From the human T2T-CHM13v2.0 reference genome, Homo sapiens, in assembly GCF_009914755.1 (NCBI RefSeq), contig NC_060935.1: 64,000 nt of DNA; one strand, written 5' to 3'. Below, piece by piece: positions 19,280 to 32,120 of this stretch (the first letter of the stretch is position 1; each line of letters begins with the position of its first letter). Made by a program: the position numbers and the translations under genes. The notes beneath the pieces were generated by a model. That model had not been told where the DNA came from, did not search any database, and worked only from the letters and a program-made list of their open reading frames with translations.

Positions 19280-21680
19280 CCACCCACCTTCGCTCCCTCC
19301 CTCCCTCTCATTTACCCATTCTTCCACCTCCTATCCACCCCATCACTTCTCCACCCGTCCATCCATCTGTCCACCTTCCTTTCCTTCTACTCCCTAGCCA
19401 CACATCTACTTGCCTATTTATGAATACCCATTTATGTATTCATCCATCCATCCATCCTATTCATTCCTCCACCCATTCATCCATGTACCCACCCACCCCA
19501 CTCATCCCTCTACCCATTCATCCATTTGCTCATCCATCCATCCATCCACCCACCCATCCACCCCACTCATCCCTCTACCCATTCATCCATCTGCCCACGT
19601 ATCCATCCATCCACCCACCCACCCCACTCATCCCTCTACCCATTCATCCATCTGCCCATCCATCCATCCATCCATCCACCCACCCCACTCATCCCTCCAC
19701 CCATTCATCCATCTGCCCACGTATCCATCCATCCACCCACCCACCCCACTCATCCCTCTACCCATTCATCCATCTGCCCATCCATCCATCCATCCATCCA
19801 CCCACCCATCCACCCCACTCATCCCTCTACCCATTCATCCATCTGCCCATCCATCCATCCATCCACCCACCCATCCACCCCACTCATCCCTCTACCCATT
19901 CATCCATCTGCCCATCCATCCATCCATCCATCCACCCACCCCATTCATCCCTCTACCCATTCATCCATCTGCCCATCCATCCATCCACCCACCCGCCCAC
20001 CCCACTCATCCCTCTACCCATTCATTCATCTGCCCATCCATCCATCCATCCACCCACCCACCCCACTCATCCCTCTACCCATTCATCCATCTGCCCATCC
20101 ATCCATCCATCCACCCACCCATCCACCCCACTCATCCCTCTACCCATTCATCATCTGCCTATCCATCCATCCAACCACCCACCCCACTCATCCCTCTACC
20201 CATTCATCCATTTGCTCATCCATCCATCCACCCACCCACCCCACTCATCCCTCTACCCATTCATCCATCTGCCCATCCATCCATCCATCCACCCACCCAC
20301 CCCACTCATCCCTCTACCCATTCATCCATCTGCCCATCCATCCATCCATCCACCCACCCATCCACCCCACTCATCCCTCTACCCATTCATCCATCTGCCC
20401 ATCCATCCATCCATCCACCCACCCCATTCATCCCTCTACCCATTCATCCATCTGCCCATCCATCCATCCGTCCACCCACCCGCCCACCCCACTCATCCCT
20501 CTACCCATTCATTCATCTGCCCATCCATCCATCCATCCACCCACCCACCCCACTCATCCCTCTACCCATTCATCCATCTGCCCATCCATCCATCCACCCA
20601 CCCCACTCATCCCTCTACCCATTCATCCATCTGCCCATCCATCCATCCGTCCACCCACCCGCCCACCCCACTCATCCCTCTACCCATTCATTCATCTGCC
20701 CATCCATCCATCCATCCACCCACCCACCCCACTCATCCCTATACCCATTCATCCATCTGCCCATTCATCCATCCACCCACCCACCCATCCACCCCACTCA
20801 TCCCTCTACCCATTCATCATCTGCCTATCCATCCATCCAACCACCCACCCCACTCATCCCTCTACCCATTCATCCATCTGCCCATCCATCCATCCACCCA
20901 CCCACCCCACTCATCCCTCTACCCATTCATCCATCTGCCCATCCATCCATCCACCCACCCACCCCACTCATCCCTCTACCCATTCATCCATCTGCCCATC
21001 CATCCATCCATCCACCCACCCATCCACCCCACTCATCCCTCTACCCATTCATCCATCTGCCCATCCATCCATCCATCCACCCACCCCATTCATCCCTCTA
21101 CCCATTCATCCATCTGCCCATCCATCCATCCGTCCACCCACCTGCCCACCCCACTCATCCCTCTACCCATTCATTCATCTGCCCATCCATCCATCCATCC
21201 ACCCACCCACCCCACTCATCCCTCTACCCATTCATCCATCTGCCCATCCATCCATCCACCCGCCCACCCCACTCATCCCTCTACCCATTCATCCATTTGC
21301 CCATCCATCCATCCATCCATCCACCCCACTCATCCCTCTCCACCCATTCATCCATCTGCCCCTCTATCCATCCATCCATCCACCCATCCCATTTATCCCT
21401 CCACCTATTGATCCATCCACCCATCCACCCCACTCATCCCTCTACCCATTCATCCATCTGCCCACCCATCCACCCATTCATTGATCCATCCATCCATCCA
21501 TCTACCCACCCACCCACCCCACGCATCCCTCTACCCATTCATCCATCTGCCCTTCTACCCACCCATCCATGCACCCATCCATCCATCCACCATTCATCCA
21601 TCTGCCCATCCATAAATTCACCTATCCATCCATCCATGTCTCCCTCCCTCATCCACCCATCTACCCACCCATCCAAGACC
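19280..21680. repeat. Large CCAT/CCAC-based minisatellite (~50-60 bp higher-order unit)
   Basis: Unit CCCCACTCATCCCTCTACCCATTCATCCATCTGC(CCAT)n(CCAC)n repeated across ~2.2 kb. Confidence 0.97.
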
Positions 21681-22652
21681 CATCCAGCAACTAAAGCTCT
21701 TGTCCTGGGGGGAGACACAGCTGTAGGCAGGGCAACAAGCCTTTAGGGGACTCTACGTAGCAGTTGGAGGCCAGTCCACCAGTGTTCAACTCTTGCTTCA
21801 CCGCCTACTTTGGGCAGCTCTTGGACCACTAGGAGCCTGATTGAGTTGGTAAATGAGACCCCCTCCTTCCATCTGGAGTCTTACACTGCCCCCAGGGTCC
21901 TGAGACCTATGTGCCCCAGATGGGCATCCTAGGAGAGGCCGTCACCCACCTGCTGGAGCTGCAGGTGCTCCTGCGCACAGGGGGTAAGGGAGCACCTCGG
22001 TGCTGCTTGAGTCAGCCATCAGCTCTTTCCAGGCCTCAGTTTTATTGACTGCTGGGGGCTGCCTGAGTTATAAATAGATGTTCTTGAGCCAAAAATAGCC
22101 TTGCGGGAGCATCAGACTATGTTTCTAGCTTTCCTCCTTTTTGAGGACTCTTAAAGATGCAGGATTCAAGGACCCTACCTCCTCCTGCAGCCCCCGAGGA
22201 GGGACTGGCCCCCTCCTCTTCCCCTCTCTTGCTTCCTCTTCCTCCTGTCTCATGAGCACTCACACACACGGTCTGGACAGCATCACTGGTTGGGAGGGGT
22301 CCCTGGGAGAGGTATACTAAACCTGGAAGAAGCTGCATGAACCAGGTCTGTGTGGTAAGGACAGATCTGGTATCCTCCGCCACAGTGTAGACAAGCCTCA
22401 GCCCGGGCTGCACGCACACTGTGAATCTTTGCAGCCTGTGGCACCTGCAGCAGCCAGGTCTGCCCTCGGTGGGGGGTCGGGGGGGGGGAGGCGGGGCTCT
22501 GCAGGCCGGGCTGGGGCTGCCTCCAGGGAGAGGACCCTGGAGGCTGGGGACAAGCCTGGGGGAGACAAACCAGTACTTTCTACCACATACCCTGGTGTGC
22601 TTTTAATCCTTGTATGACATGCACATTACTTAAGATTTGAAAAGCTGGTTGG

Positions 22653-23124
<472 letters not shown>

Positions 23125-23401
23125 TTATATCGTTTTAAGTTATTTAAGCTTTTACTAGCCTGTAACAACCGAAAAAGTGTGTTTTACACCCTAAAGGTGC
23201 AGCTGAGGACCTGTGCCCATGCCTGGCCCCCAGGGACTATTCTCAGAGCTCACCCGCGGTGTGAGCCTGGGGCAAGTTTCCAGACCCAACACACCAGGCT
23301 CTGGCCTCAGGCCTGCCTCCCAGCAGCCTCTGCCCCCACCCTGCCCACCACCAGTCTGAAGGAAGAGGCACGGAGTCGTGGGGAAAACATCCACTTTAAG
23401 C

Positions 23402-23407
23402 TTTATT
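23402..23407 (-). terminator. DUSP8: DUSP8 polyadenylation signal AATAAA
   Basis: Plus-strand TTTATT, ~2.45 kb downstream of the stop codon, followed by GU/U-rich sequence on the minus strand. Confidence 0.75.
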
Positions 23408-23612
23408 ACAACACATTGTCTCCAAATACAAAGGGAGGGGCCGGGAGCAGAAGGTGCGGCTGTGGCGGGAGGGGCTCCAAGGGGGGCTGAAGGGCCGGCA
23501 GCCCAGTCTACAGAGACTGGAGGCTCAGCGGGGGACCTGCACCCTCTCCTCCGCTGGACTTCCCAGCAAATAACAGGAGGGGCCGGGTCCATTTTGGGGC
23601 GATCCCAATGCC

Positions 23613-23844
23613 AGGCAGTGGCCAGGTGGGAGGGGCCGGAGAGAGGCTTGGAGAGGACTCAGGGCTGGGTCAGGTGAAAGCCACCAGGTGGGGCCCTGGC
23701 CCGCCTCCCGCAGCACTGGAGGAGGCAGTGGCCAGGTGGGAGGGGCCGGAGAGAGGCTTGGAGAGGACTCAGGGCTGGGTCAGGTGAAAGCCACCAGGTG
23801 GGGCCTCAGCCCGCCTCCTGCAGCACTGGAGGAGGCAGTGGCCA
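23613..23844. repeat. 110-bp tandem duplication (2.1 copies) in the DUSP8 3'UTR
   Basis: AGGCAGTGGCCA recurs at 23613, 23723 and 23833; copies are nearly identical. Confidence 0.95.
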
Positions 23845-25849
23845 ACACAGGACCTTCGCCCCCCTGCTGGCTGCTCACTTTGCGGTAACCAGTGCCTCAA
23901 GAGTGGGAGCAGAGACAGACTGAGACAGACAGCCCCCCTCAACGGCCTGCAGAAGGGACAAGGGGAAGGGGGAAGGGAGAAGGGGGCCCAACCAGTGGCC
24001 CCAGACCACTGTCTCCCGGACAGCACAGGGGTGGGGGGCGAGAAGCGGGAAGCCAGTGCATCCTCCTCACCCAGGGTCTCCTCAGAAACCCAACGCAACA
24101 GACATACGGGAGGCAAATTTACATAATTAATAATAATTAACCAATAATAATAAATACTTAAACCTCTAATCCATAGATTGTAAATACAACGATAGCTTAT
24201 TTTCTTGGGGGAACAGGAGTGGGTGGGGACAGAGGGAATGGGAACAGGACTTTTGCTGAAAGGAGGGATGACAGGAACACAGAGCTGTGGGTGAAAAGAA
24301 GAACAAATAGAAGAAACAGCAGAGAGGGCGGCTGGCCGGGGCGGGATGGGCGCCTCCCTGGCCCTGCTCCAGGACTCAGGACTGAGTCCTGCCCTGGGCT
24401 GCCTCTCCGGCCAAGCCCCTGGCCTCTTCCCACAGTGACTGGCCCCACTCCTAGACCCTAGGACATCTGAAGGGCAGGGGTCCCAATGGCCCGAGGGGGT
24501 ATGGGGCAGGGGCAGCAGGCTGACCCACCTGGGCCCAAAAGCCACTTGTGTTTGGGGGCTGGCATGCCACCTAGAGAGAGAGCACCCTGGGAAAGGGGTG
24601 AATGGGAGTTTCTCTCCTGAGCGGCCCCATGGGGGTGGGGGCAAACGAGGGGGCTTTACCTGTCTTGAGGCAGTGCTCCCTAAGTGAAGCAGGCCTATCC
24701 CAGCAGCACAGGGGCTTGGCTGGCGCCTGAACTCCCTGTGTGAGCAGCACCTGCTCACAGAGCCCCTCAGCCTGCAGGTGCACACCTGAATTCCAAGTTC
24801 TGCCTGGGGCATGGCTGGGAGGGGGGCGGGGCAGACCTGGAACAGAACCCTAAGACCACCCCCTCCTCATACCTGGGGGTCCAGGGCTTCCTGCCCAGTG
24901 GAGCCAGCACTGGCTAGCCAGGCGCCTCCTGCCTGACCCCCGGAGGCCAAGCTCCTCTCCTGCAGTGGTGCCACCCTGCCCGGCAGGCAGCTCTGGGGGC
25001 ATGGGCAAGGGAGAAGGGAGGGCCGCAGCCCTCTAGGAATGGCCTTTCTGAGCCACTCTGTGGCTGGACTGGGGCTCTGGCAGGAGTTGGGGGCACTAAC
25101 ACCTCTGTCCTCCCCTGGGCTGCACCTCATCTGACGTTCCAGAACCCCCTGCCCGAAGCCCCTACACACACTGTTCTATTTCTCAGCCCCTCTGAACACC
25201 CTGGCACCATGAAGCCCAATGCCTGTCCTCCCCTGCCAGAGAACAGCTCTGGGGCAACGGGCAGCGGGGTGCCCTCCTTGCCACCAAGATTTGGTGCCTG
25301 GAGCTGATGGAGGGCTGGCCGCACCTCTCCGGGGCACACCAGCTCCTGCTCCTCCATCCTATGGCTTTGGTGCAGAGCCCTAGGCCGGCGCAGAGAAGGG
25401 AGGGAGCAGGGGAGGTGGGTGGGGGGAGAAGGGGGGTTCTGCGGCTCAGTTTGTGGCAAAGAAGTTTTTTTTTCCTTTTTTTCACCTTTTTGTTATGTAA
25501 AAAGTGCACGAAAGCTCGGCAGCCTTTGCAAAGGTCAGCAGTGTTTCCTGGGGCGGGGGAACTGGGAGGGGCCCCAGGCCTGGCACCCAGCTTGCGACTG
25601 AAGGTGGCCTCGTATTGCTTAGAAACGTATGTTTCAGTTTAAATACCAGACAGTAAAAATAGAGCTCGAGGACCACCCGCACTGTTGCCAAATCATTGCC
25701 AGAATGAACAGCTTAAATAAATAAAAAATCGAAATATTTACTTCTCGATAAAAATCCCAGTAAAACCATTTACCTTTCTTTGCATTATATATAATATACA
25801 TTTATAACGGGCCTGGCTGCGGGCGGCGGGGCCGAGGGCAGCGGAGGGG

Positions 25850-26906
25850 TCAGGACACCTCGATGACCTCCACGCTGCCCGAGAAGCTCGCCTGCTTGCC
25901 CAGGGCGGCCAGCTCCTCGCCGCGCGCGCGCCCCTCCACCATGCCCTCCTCGAACTCCATCTGGCAGCTGCGGCGCTTGAACTGCGTCTCCGGGGCCGGC
26001 TCCTCGGGCCAGCCGGTCCGCGCGTCCCGGGGCTCAGCCCTCGCTGCCTCCCGCCGCCGCAGGTCGCTGCCGCCGCCTGGTCCCGGGGCGCCCGCCCGGC
26101 CGAAGGGCGCAAACAGCACCCCGCCCGCCCCCTGTGCGCCCTCGGGGCTGAAGCACCAGGGCCCGTCGGGCGACGGCGTGCCTGGGGAGTCAAGCGGCGG
26201 TGCCCAGGCCCCGGGGCCGGCCGGCTGGCCAGGGCCGGGCAGCCCGGGCGCCGACAGGGCCGAGAGGCCGTGCCGCGGAGTCTGCCGGGCCGCATCGCCG
26301 AAGTTCAGGCCGAGGCTGTGCGCGGGGGAGCGCGCGGGGGAGCCGGCGGGGGGCCGGGGCCGCCGGCGGGGCCGTGGGCGCGCCTCAGGCGCGGCGTCCG
26401 GGCTGTCCGGGCTGGGCGAGGACAGGCCCAGCGCGGCCCCCGACGGGCTGTCCAGCTTGCAGAGCTTCGGGGCCTCGCCGGGGTCGGGGGGCCCGGGGCC
26501 GTCGGGCCGCCTGCTAGGGGCGTAGGCAGACTTGATGTCCAGGGAGAAGGAGCGCTTGAGGCGGTTAGTGTCCTGCAGGCGGTCCGAGGAGAGGTGCAGG
26601 CCGCGCAGGCCCTGCTGCAGTGCGCTGGTCGCCGGGGGCGTGGGGGGCGCGGGGGGCTCCCCGCCCGCGCTCAGGCCGCCCTCCCTGGCAGCCGCATTCC
26701 CTGTGGCAGCGCTCTCTGAGGTAGGTGGTGGCAGCCGTGGCAGCGGGGCCCCGGCGGCAGGACTGGGCGGAGGCTCCGGCGTCCCTGAGGGGGTGCCCGG
26801 GTCGCCCTGCAGGGCGGCCAGCAGCTTCAGGCTGCGCTCGTACTCCAGCAGCTGGCCCAGGAAGTTGAAGTTGGGCGAGATGGACGGGCGCCTGTCCTTC
26901 ACGAAC
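25850..26906 (-). CDS. DUSP8: DUSP8 exon 7 (end of catalytic domain plus Pro/Ser-rich tail to TGA)
   Basis: Acceptor CCGCAG|G at 26907-8; (R)FVKDRRPSISPNFNFLGQLLEYE...SVEVIEVS*; 1057 nt. Confidence 0.97.
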
Positions 26907-27125
26907 CTGCGGGGGAGGAGGCTCAGTCCCAGGCGCCCGCCGGGGCCAGGCTGCCCACCTGACGCACCCGCTGGGCACCCACGAGCTCATGTGCGCCAGG
27001 CTGGTCTCAGGCCCTCCTCCCTTGCCACGGGTCCTGGACGGTGGGGTCATTCTGGTGCAAGTGGGCAGCCGGGGGAAGGGAAGCGACGCTGTGAGCCACA
27101 AGTGCGCGACTGGGGAAGGTGGTAC

Positions 27126-27249
27126 CTGTAGGCGTCGTCGGAGGACATGCCCATGGTCTTCATGATGTAGGCGATGGCGATGGTGGCAGAGCGGGAGATG
27201 CCAGCCAGACAGTGGACGATGACTTGGCAGCTGGAGAGCTTGGCTTTAT
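27126..27249 (-). CDS. DUSP8: DUSP8 exon 6 (catalytic HCX5R motif)
   Basis: VHCLAGISRSATIAIAYIM; AG/GT boundaries; 124 nt. Confidence 0.97.
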
Positions 27250-27443
27250 CTGGGCAGGTGGGCCATGGGGGCCAGGTGAGGGCTAAGACTGCACAGCTTC
27301 TCCCTGGCCCAGGTAGGGGACCCCACCCGCCCAACTGCCAACAGTTCCGGCTACTTCCTGGGGACCCCTCCTGTGTCTGTGGCCACACACAGCTCTAGCC
27401 TTCCTCTAGCCAGGTCCCTGCCCTCCGCCCACCGCAGACTCAC

Positions 27444-27603
27444 CGATGAACTCGATGGACTTGTCCAGCCAGGGCAGCAGTTTTTCACAGTAGTTGTCGT
27501 TGATGGGGACCCGCATGAAGCGGCTCTCGCAGATGAAGTCAGGCTTGGGGCAGGAGTTGCTGGCGTTGAGGACGTAGCTTATTCCATTTTGCGTCATCAG
27601 ATC
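27444..27603 (-). CDS. DUSP8: DUSP8 exon 5
   Basis: DLMTQNGISYVLNAS...KSIEFI; CCAG| and |GTGAGT; 160 nt. Confidence 0.97.
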
Positions 27604-28220
27604 CTGGAGGGGCGGGAGGGCGGGTTGGAAAGGGGTGGGAGAAGCTCGGGGCGGGAGTGAAGGTGGAGGCTTTTCCTGCCCTGCCGTCAGGAGGGCCTTT
27701 AGAATCCTGGGAGCCTTGGAATTTGTCCCAGATCCCAGTGTATCCAGGGGAGGGCCCAGGAGGCCTCTCTGGTCCACCCTGGCACCCTGGGCCCGTGCGG
27801 GGGGTGGGGCACGGCTGGCCTCCGACTGCAGGCCCCACCCACGGCTGGTGGTGGGCTCCTAGGAATTTTATGATTGCCTGGGTGGTGGCTTTTACCCTTT
27901 TCCCTCGTCACCATTTTTAAAACATGGGATTCTTTCAGAGCTGGCCAGAGGCCCAGTGACATCCGCAGCTTGGCATGCCAGCTCCCCGCTCCTCCCCCGA
28001 GCCCTGCCGGGCCCTCCTGCAAGCCCTGCTGTGGTCCTTCCAGGGGCATGGGTGGGGAGCCTGGGGTCCTCCTGGGCCCCCACCCATGCTTCTCCCACAC
28101 CCAGCTCATCCACTGCCTTCAGCTCCTTTCCTCCCTCATCCCCCGCTCCGCTGCCAAGCTGCTTCTGGAGCTCCTGCCCCTTTCCCATTGACCACCCCCC
28201 GAACTCCACTGCACACACAC

Positions 28221-28387
28221 CTTGTTTAGGACGTCCTTCTGCGAGCCCAGGTAGAGGTGAGGCAGGATGCGGGTCAGGCCCACGCTGGGCACAGGCAGGC
28301 AGGGCTGGGAGAGGCTCATGGGTAGCAGGGCAGCAGGCTTGCCCTCGCAGAGGCCGGGGAAGCAGGAGGAGAAGGTGGCGAAGCCCC
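28221..28387 (-). CDS. DUSP8: DUSP8 exon 4
   Basis: GGFATFSSCFPGLCE...ILPHLYLGSQKDVLNK; 167 nt; phases match the neighbouring exons. Confidence 0.97.
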
Positions 28388-29009
28388 CTGTAGGAGGAGG
28401 GCCGTCAAGTGGGTTGAGAGAACACCTAGGGCTCCCTGTCCGCCTAGGGTGCCCTGTCCGCCTAGGGCACCCCATCTACTGCTGAGGATCAGTCACACCC
28501 AGCCCAGACCCGAGCCTGAGCCCAGCCGGCAAGCCTCTGGCGGAGCACCTGCTCTGCCCGCGGTGGGGGGAGGGGGTACTGCCACACATTTACAGCCTGC
28601 ACCTACGCCCACATTCCTCCTCATGCTAATTAGGGGCTGACCCAGCTGAGGACGCCGCTAGGATGCCCGTAAAGGTGGCGTTGAGGTGGCTGGCCATCAC
28701 GGCACGCGCTGGGCCCAGGCAGGGGTGGGCTCAGAGGCCACAGGGGTCTCCTGCTGAGGGTGTGTGTCACACAGCCCAGAGGAGAGGCCCTCACGAGCCC
28801 GGCCATCTCCCATACCCATGGCCTGGGGCCAGGCTGGGCCTTCCTCCTCCCCTGCACTGATGCAATGCCTCCCTGCCTCCAGCTGGCTGGGAGCCCCAGG
28901 CCTGGGCTTGGGTGCCAGGACCAGGAGGCCAGGGCTTCCGAGAGGCCCTCCCCGTCCCCAGGCATGACATCACCCTGGCACAGCCCTCGGGGCATTTGCT
29001 GTCTGGTTA

Positions 29010-29738
29010 TGGCTGTACTCCACCCAGCAGGGGAGGACGGAGAGTGGAGAAGCCCGGGGCACTGGGGGCACGCAGAGCAGGCAGTGGGCACCCGCTGCAC
29101 ACGTGACCAGCGTGTGCTGCTGCCTTCCATACACGTCCAAGTCCGAGGCCACAGGCTGGTGGGAGGAAGTCCCCTGCCCTGCACCAGCTGGAAGGACCCG
29201 AACGTGAATCCCTGGATGTCTGACTCAGTGACCATGGGTAGTGCACACCATGGCTCTGGTCTCAGCTTCCTCCTCCTGCCTGCCACACAGCATCATGTGG
29301 TTCCAAGAAGATAATGAGCACGAAGACACATGGTGAGAATGGACCTGGCCGTCCCTGACCTGGCTGGGGCGACCACCGATGTGGACCAGAAACTGGGCAG
29401 CACCCACCTGGTGGCTGCCAGCTCTTGGGAGGGTGAAGCCAGCATGGCCCAGCACCACCCCGAGGACACCTTCCAGAACATAAGCCCCCATGGCAAGCCG
29501 GCTCCTGCTTGTGCAGAGCCTGAGGCAGCTGGGCTGAGGCCTGCCCTATCCCATTGGACGGGGCAGGGGAGTGACGGCGGGAGCTCAGGGCCTGGGAACC
29601 CCAGGGCTCTTTTTTGTCCTGGTTTGCAGAAGAGGCTGGTGCCACATGTGTAGCAGGTGCCCACTGCCTGCCCCGCGTGCCCCCAGTGCCTAGGGCTCCT
29701 CCTCTCTCCATTCTCCCCTGCTGGGTGGAGTAGAGCCA
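29010..29738. repeat. Diverged inverted repeat in DUSP8 intron 3 (arms ~29010-29111 and ~29635-29738)
   Basis: GGTGCCCACTGCCTGC...GCGTGCCCCCAGTGCC...CTCCCCTGCTGGGTGGAGTA appears on opposite strands, roughly 85% identical. Confidence 0.85.
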
Positions 29739-31859
29739 CCCTGGATAACTCCTGAGGACAGGGGAGTGTGTGCAAACCCCCAACCAGAACACCTGCTGTG
29801 CCAGCTCCCCGTGTCCCTAAAAAGGGCGTGACGCTGGGGGACTGTGGAGATAGGGGAAGCTCCAGGCTGGGTGGGTTGAGGCAGCAGCCTTGGAGGAACA
29901 GTCTCTTCTGTGGGAACCTGCTGACTGGACAGGGGAAAGCAGGTAGGTGACTTGTCACCAACGACGCCCCAGCTTGCAGGTTCCCCTGAGCAGAGGCTGG
30001 GATGGGCACTGTAGCTGGCTTCCACTCACTGTTCTGAGCTGGGGTAGCCCTGGATGTTCCCGCTGCAGGACAGCCCCGGGGAGGCGGAAGGGCTGCACCA
30101 CTTCTCTGCAGACTCTTCTGCCACCTGCTGCCTCTCCTCCTCCCTGTGGCTCTCCCAGGGATTTTGTGCCTTACTCTCTGCTTTCTCCAGGGCCTGGCCA
30201 AAGGAGGAGGTGCTGGGGATTCCATCAGTACCCTCCCACCTCTCCCAGAGGAGGTAAAGGCAGGAAAGTCTCTGGACAGGTGCAGAGAACCGACAGCTAT
30301 GTCAGCAATTCCCCAGGAAGCTTCCCAGGACCTCCCCAGGCGGAGCAGGTAGTGTGGATGTCCCTACACACCCCACTGTGGATGCCAGGCCTAGCAGGGA
30401 CCGAGGCTCCAGGGATTTCAGAACCACCCAGGCTCTGGGGGTGAGTGATAAGTGAGGGGTGTTGGGGTTCAGTGGACCCTTTGTAGGTCCCAGCACTCTT
30501 TGGGCCCTGGGGAGGCACCCCTACCCCCAGGCATCTCCAAAGGCGCCTTCCCAGTATCCCTGCTCCCTGACTCGGGGGTTTCTGGGGCAGCGCCTGCAGT
30601 TCACCTGTTACTCACAGTGAAATCCCAGACTTGAAAAAAGGCGTGTGTACCAGGACATGTGCCTGCCCCATGCCACCTGGGAGACCCTGCAAGCGCTTAT
30701 GGCCACAGTCACAGACGCACTTCTGCCCGCCACCTCCATGATCCCTGGACTCCCCGCCAGGGCGGGGGCCGCCACCCCACCCACTTGCAGTGCAGTCGCC
30801 CGGCCAAGGGTCCAAGGCCGACTGCGGGCCGCTGCTTAAAGGGCCAGGCCCCTCTCTCATCCCTTGCCGCTTGCCCCCCAACATCGTGAGCAGCGCAGCT
30901 GGAGTGGGGGAAGAGGAGCGGCAGGGGGAGGTGGGCTTCACAGCAGTCCTGGGACCCCAGCACAGCCTGTCCTGCCACTGTTTCTCTCCCGCTTCCCGCA
31001 AACCTGCCCTGCTGTGGGGAGGACAGAGGCTTGGTCCTCACATTCCGGCCTCTACTGTCCCTGCAAATGGACCAAGGAGCTGTGTTGCCTGTGCCACGGG
31101 ATCCTGGAACATCCCTTCTCCTGGGTGAGGGGCAGCACCCCTGCCCCCCCCAATATATTCTTTCCCACTCTCCCTGGTTCTTCGCAGAGCCAGCCCAGAG
31201 CAGGGGCTGTGCCCACCACAGGGTGGGAGGGAGCCTGAGGGCAGAGCCCGTGGGCCTGCCTGGGTGTCGCCATGAGCCCACTGTATACCACGGGGCCTGG
31301 GACTCCTTGGCAGCTGCACTTCTGGAGAAAAGGGGACACAGCCTCAACCTTGCAGGGCAGATGTCAGCACAGAAAGGCAGTTCTGAGGGTGGCATGACCA
31401 GGCCCTGGGAGTGCCCTCCTGGCAAATCCTAGCACAGGCCCGGCCCCTCCCATGCCCATACTCATCCACGCCCACCTGCACACCCATGCTGTCCCACCCA
31501 CCAGTGCTGGGTGAGGGCCCCAGCCCCCCAAACCGTCCCACTCTGGCCTCGAGGGAGACAGGCCCTTCCAGGCTTGGGACTTTCCTGGGATCTGCCTGCA
31601 GGTAGGGAGGTGCCACTCTGGGACCTTTCTCAGCCTCCAAGTAGAGTCTCCTGACTCCCATTCCTGGCTAGGGCAGCAAACTGGCCTTTGGGAGGGGTCC
31701 TGTTACACCTGGTGAGCTGTAAAAAGCCCCAAACTACTCTCTCCCCGCCCCCCACCAGTTCAGTCCTCAAACTGGACCTAGGGGAACAGGGTTGGATCAG
31801 AGTGCGTCATTCTGTGGCTTCTGGTTCTGAGAGTTCACACATATGCACACAAATCCCAA

Positions 31860-32120
31860 ATCTCACCCAGACAAGCACAGGCGGGTACATACACAAATAT
31901 ACCTCCATGTATATACATGCATATACACGTGCACACACGTACATGCACATATGCGCACACACAGGCATGCATATGCCCATACATGCACACATGTACATGC
32001 ACACACATACATGCACGCACATGCACACACACACACATACATGCACACACATGCTCACGTACACACTCGCAGAGGCAGATGCTGGTCACCAGACGCCCAG
32101 AGCCATGCACAGACGCACAG
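31860..32120. repeat. Degenerate (CA/TG/CATG)n low-complexity tract
   Basis: Direct reading. Confidence 0.85.

Larger units (their letters stand above)
23385..25849 (-). other. DUSP8: DUSP8 3'UTR with AU-rich elements
   Basis: Lies between the stop codon and AATAAA; UUAUUUAUU at 25716-25724 and an AU block at 24115-24200. Confidence 0.75.

Noticed and set aside
19410-21746. Three long overlapping ORFs (778, 663 and 652 aa; His/Pro/Ser-rich)
   Set aside because: All three frames are open because the CCAT/CCAC repeat almost never forms stop codons; this is a minisatellite artefact.
25863-27131. Plus-strand 150-220 aa ORFs over DUSP8 exon 7
   Set aside because: Antisense shadows of GC-rich coding sequence.
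28425-28478. 3 x 18-bp tandem repeat near the exon 4 branch-point region
   Set aside because: Real, but short and degenerate, with no evidence of function.
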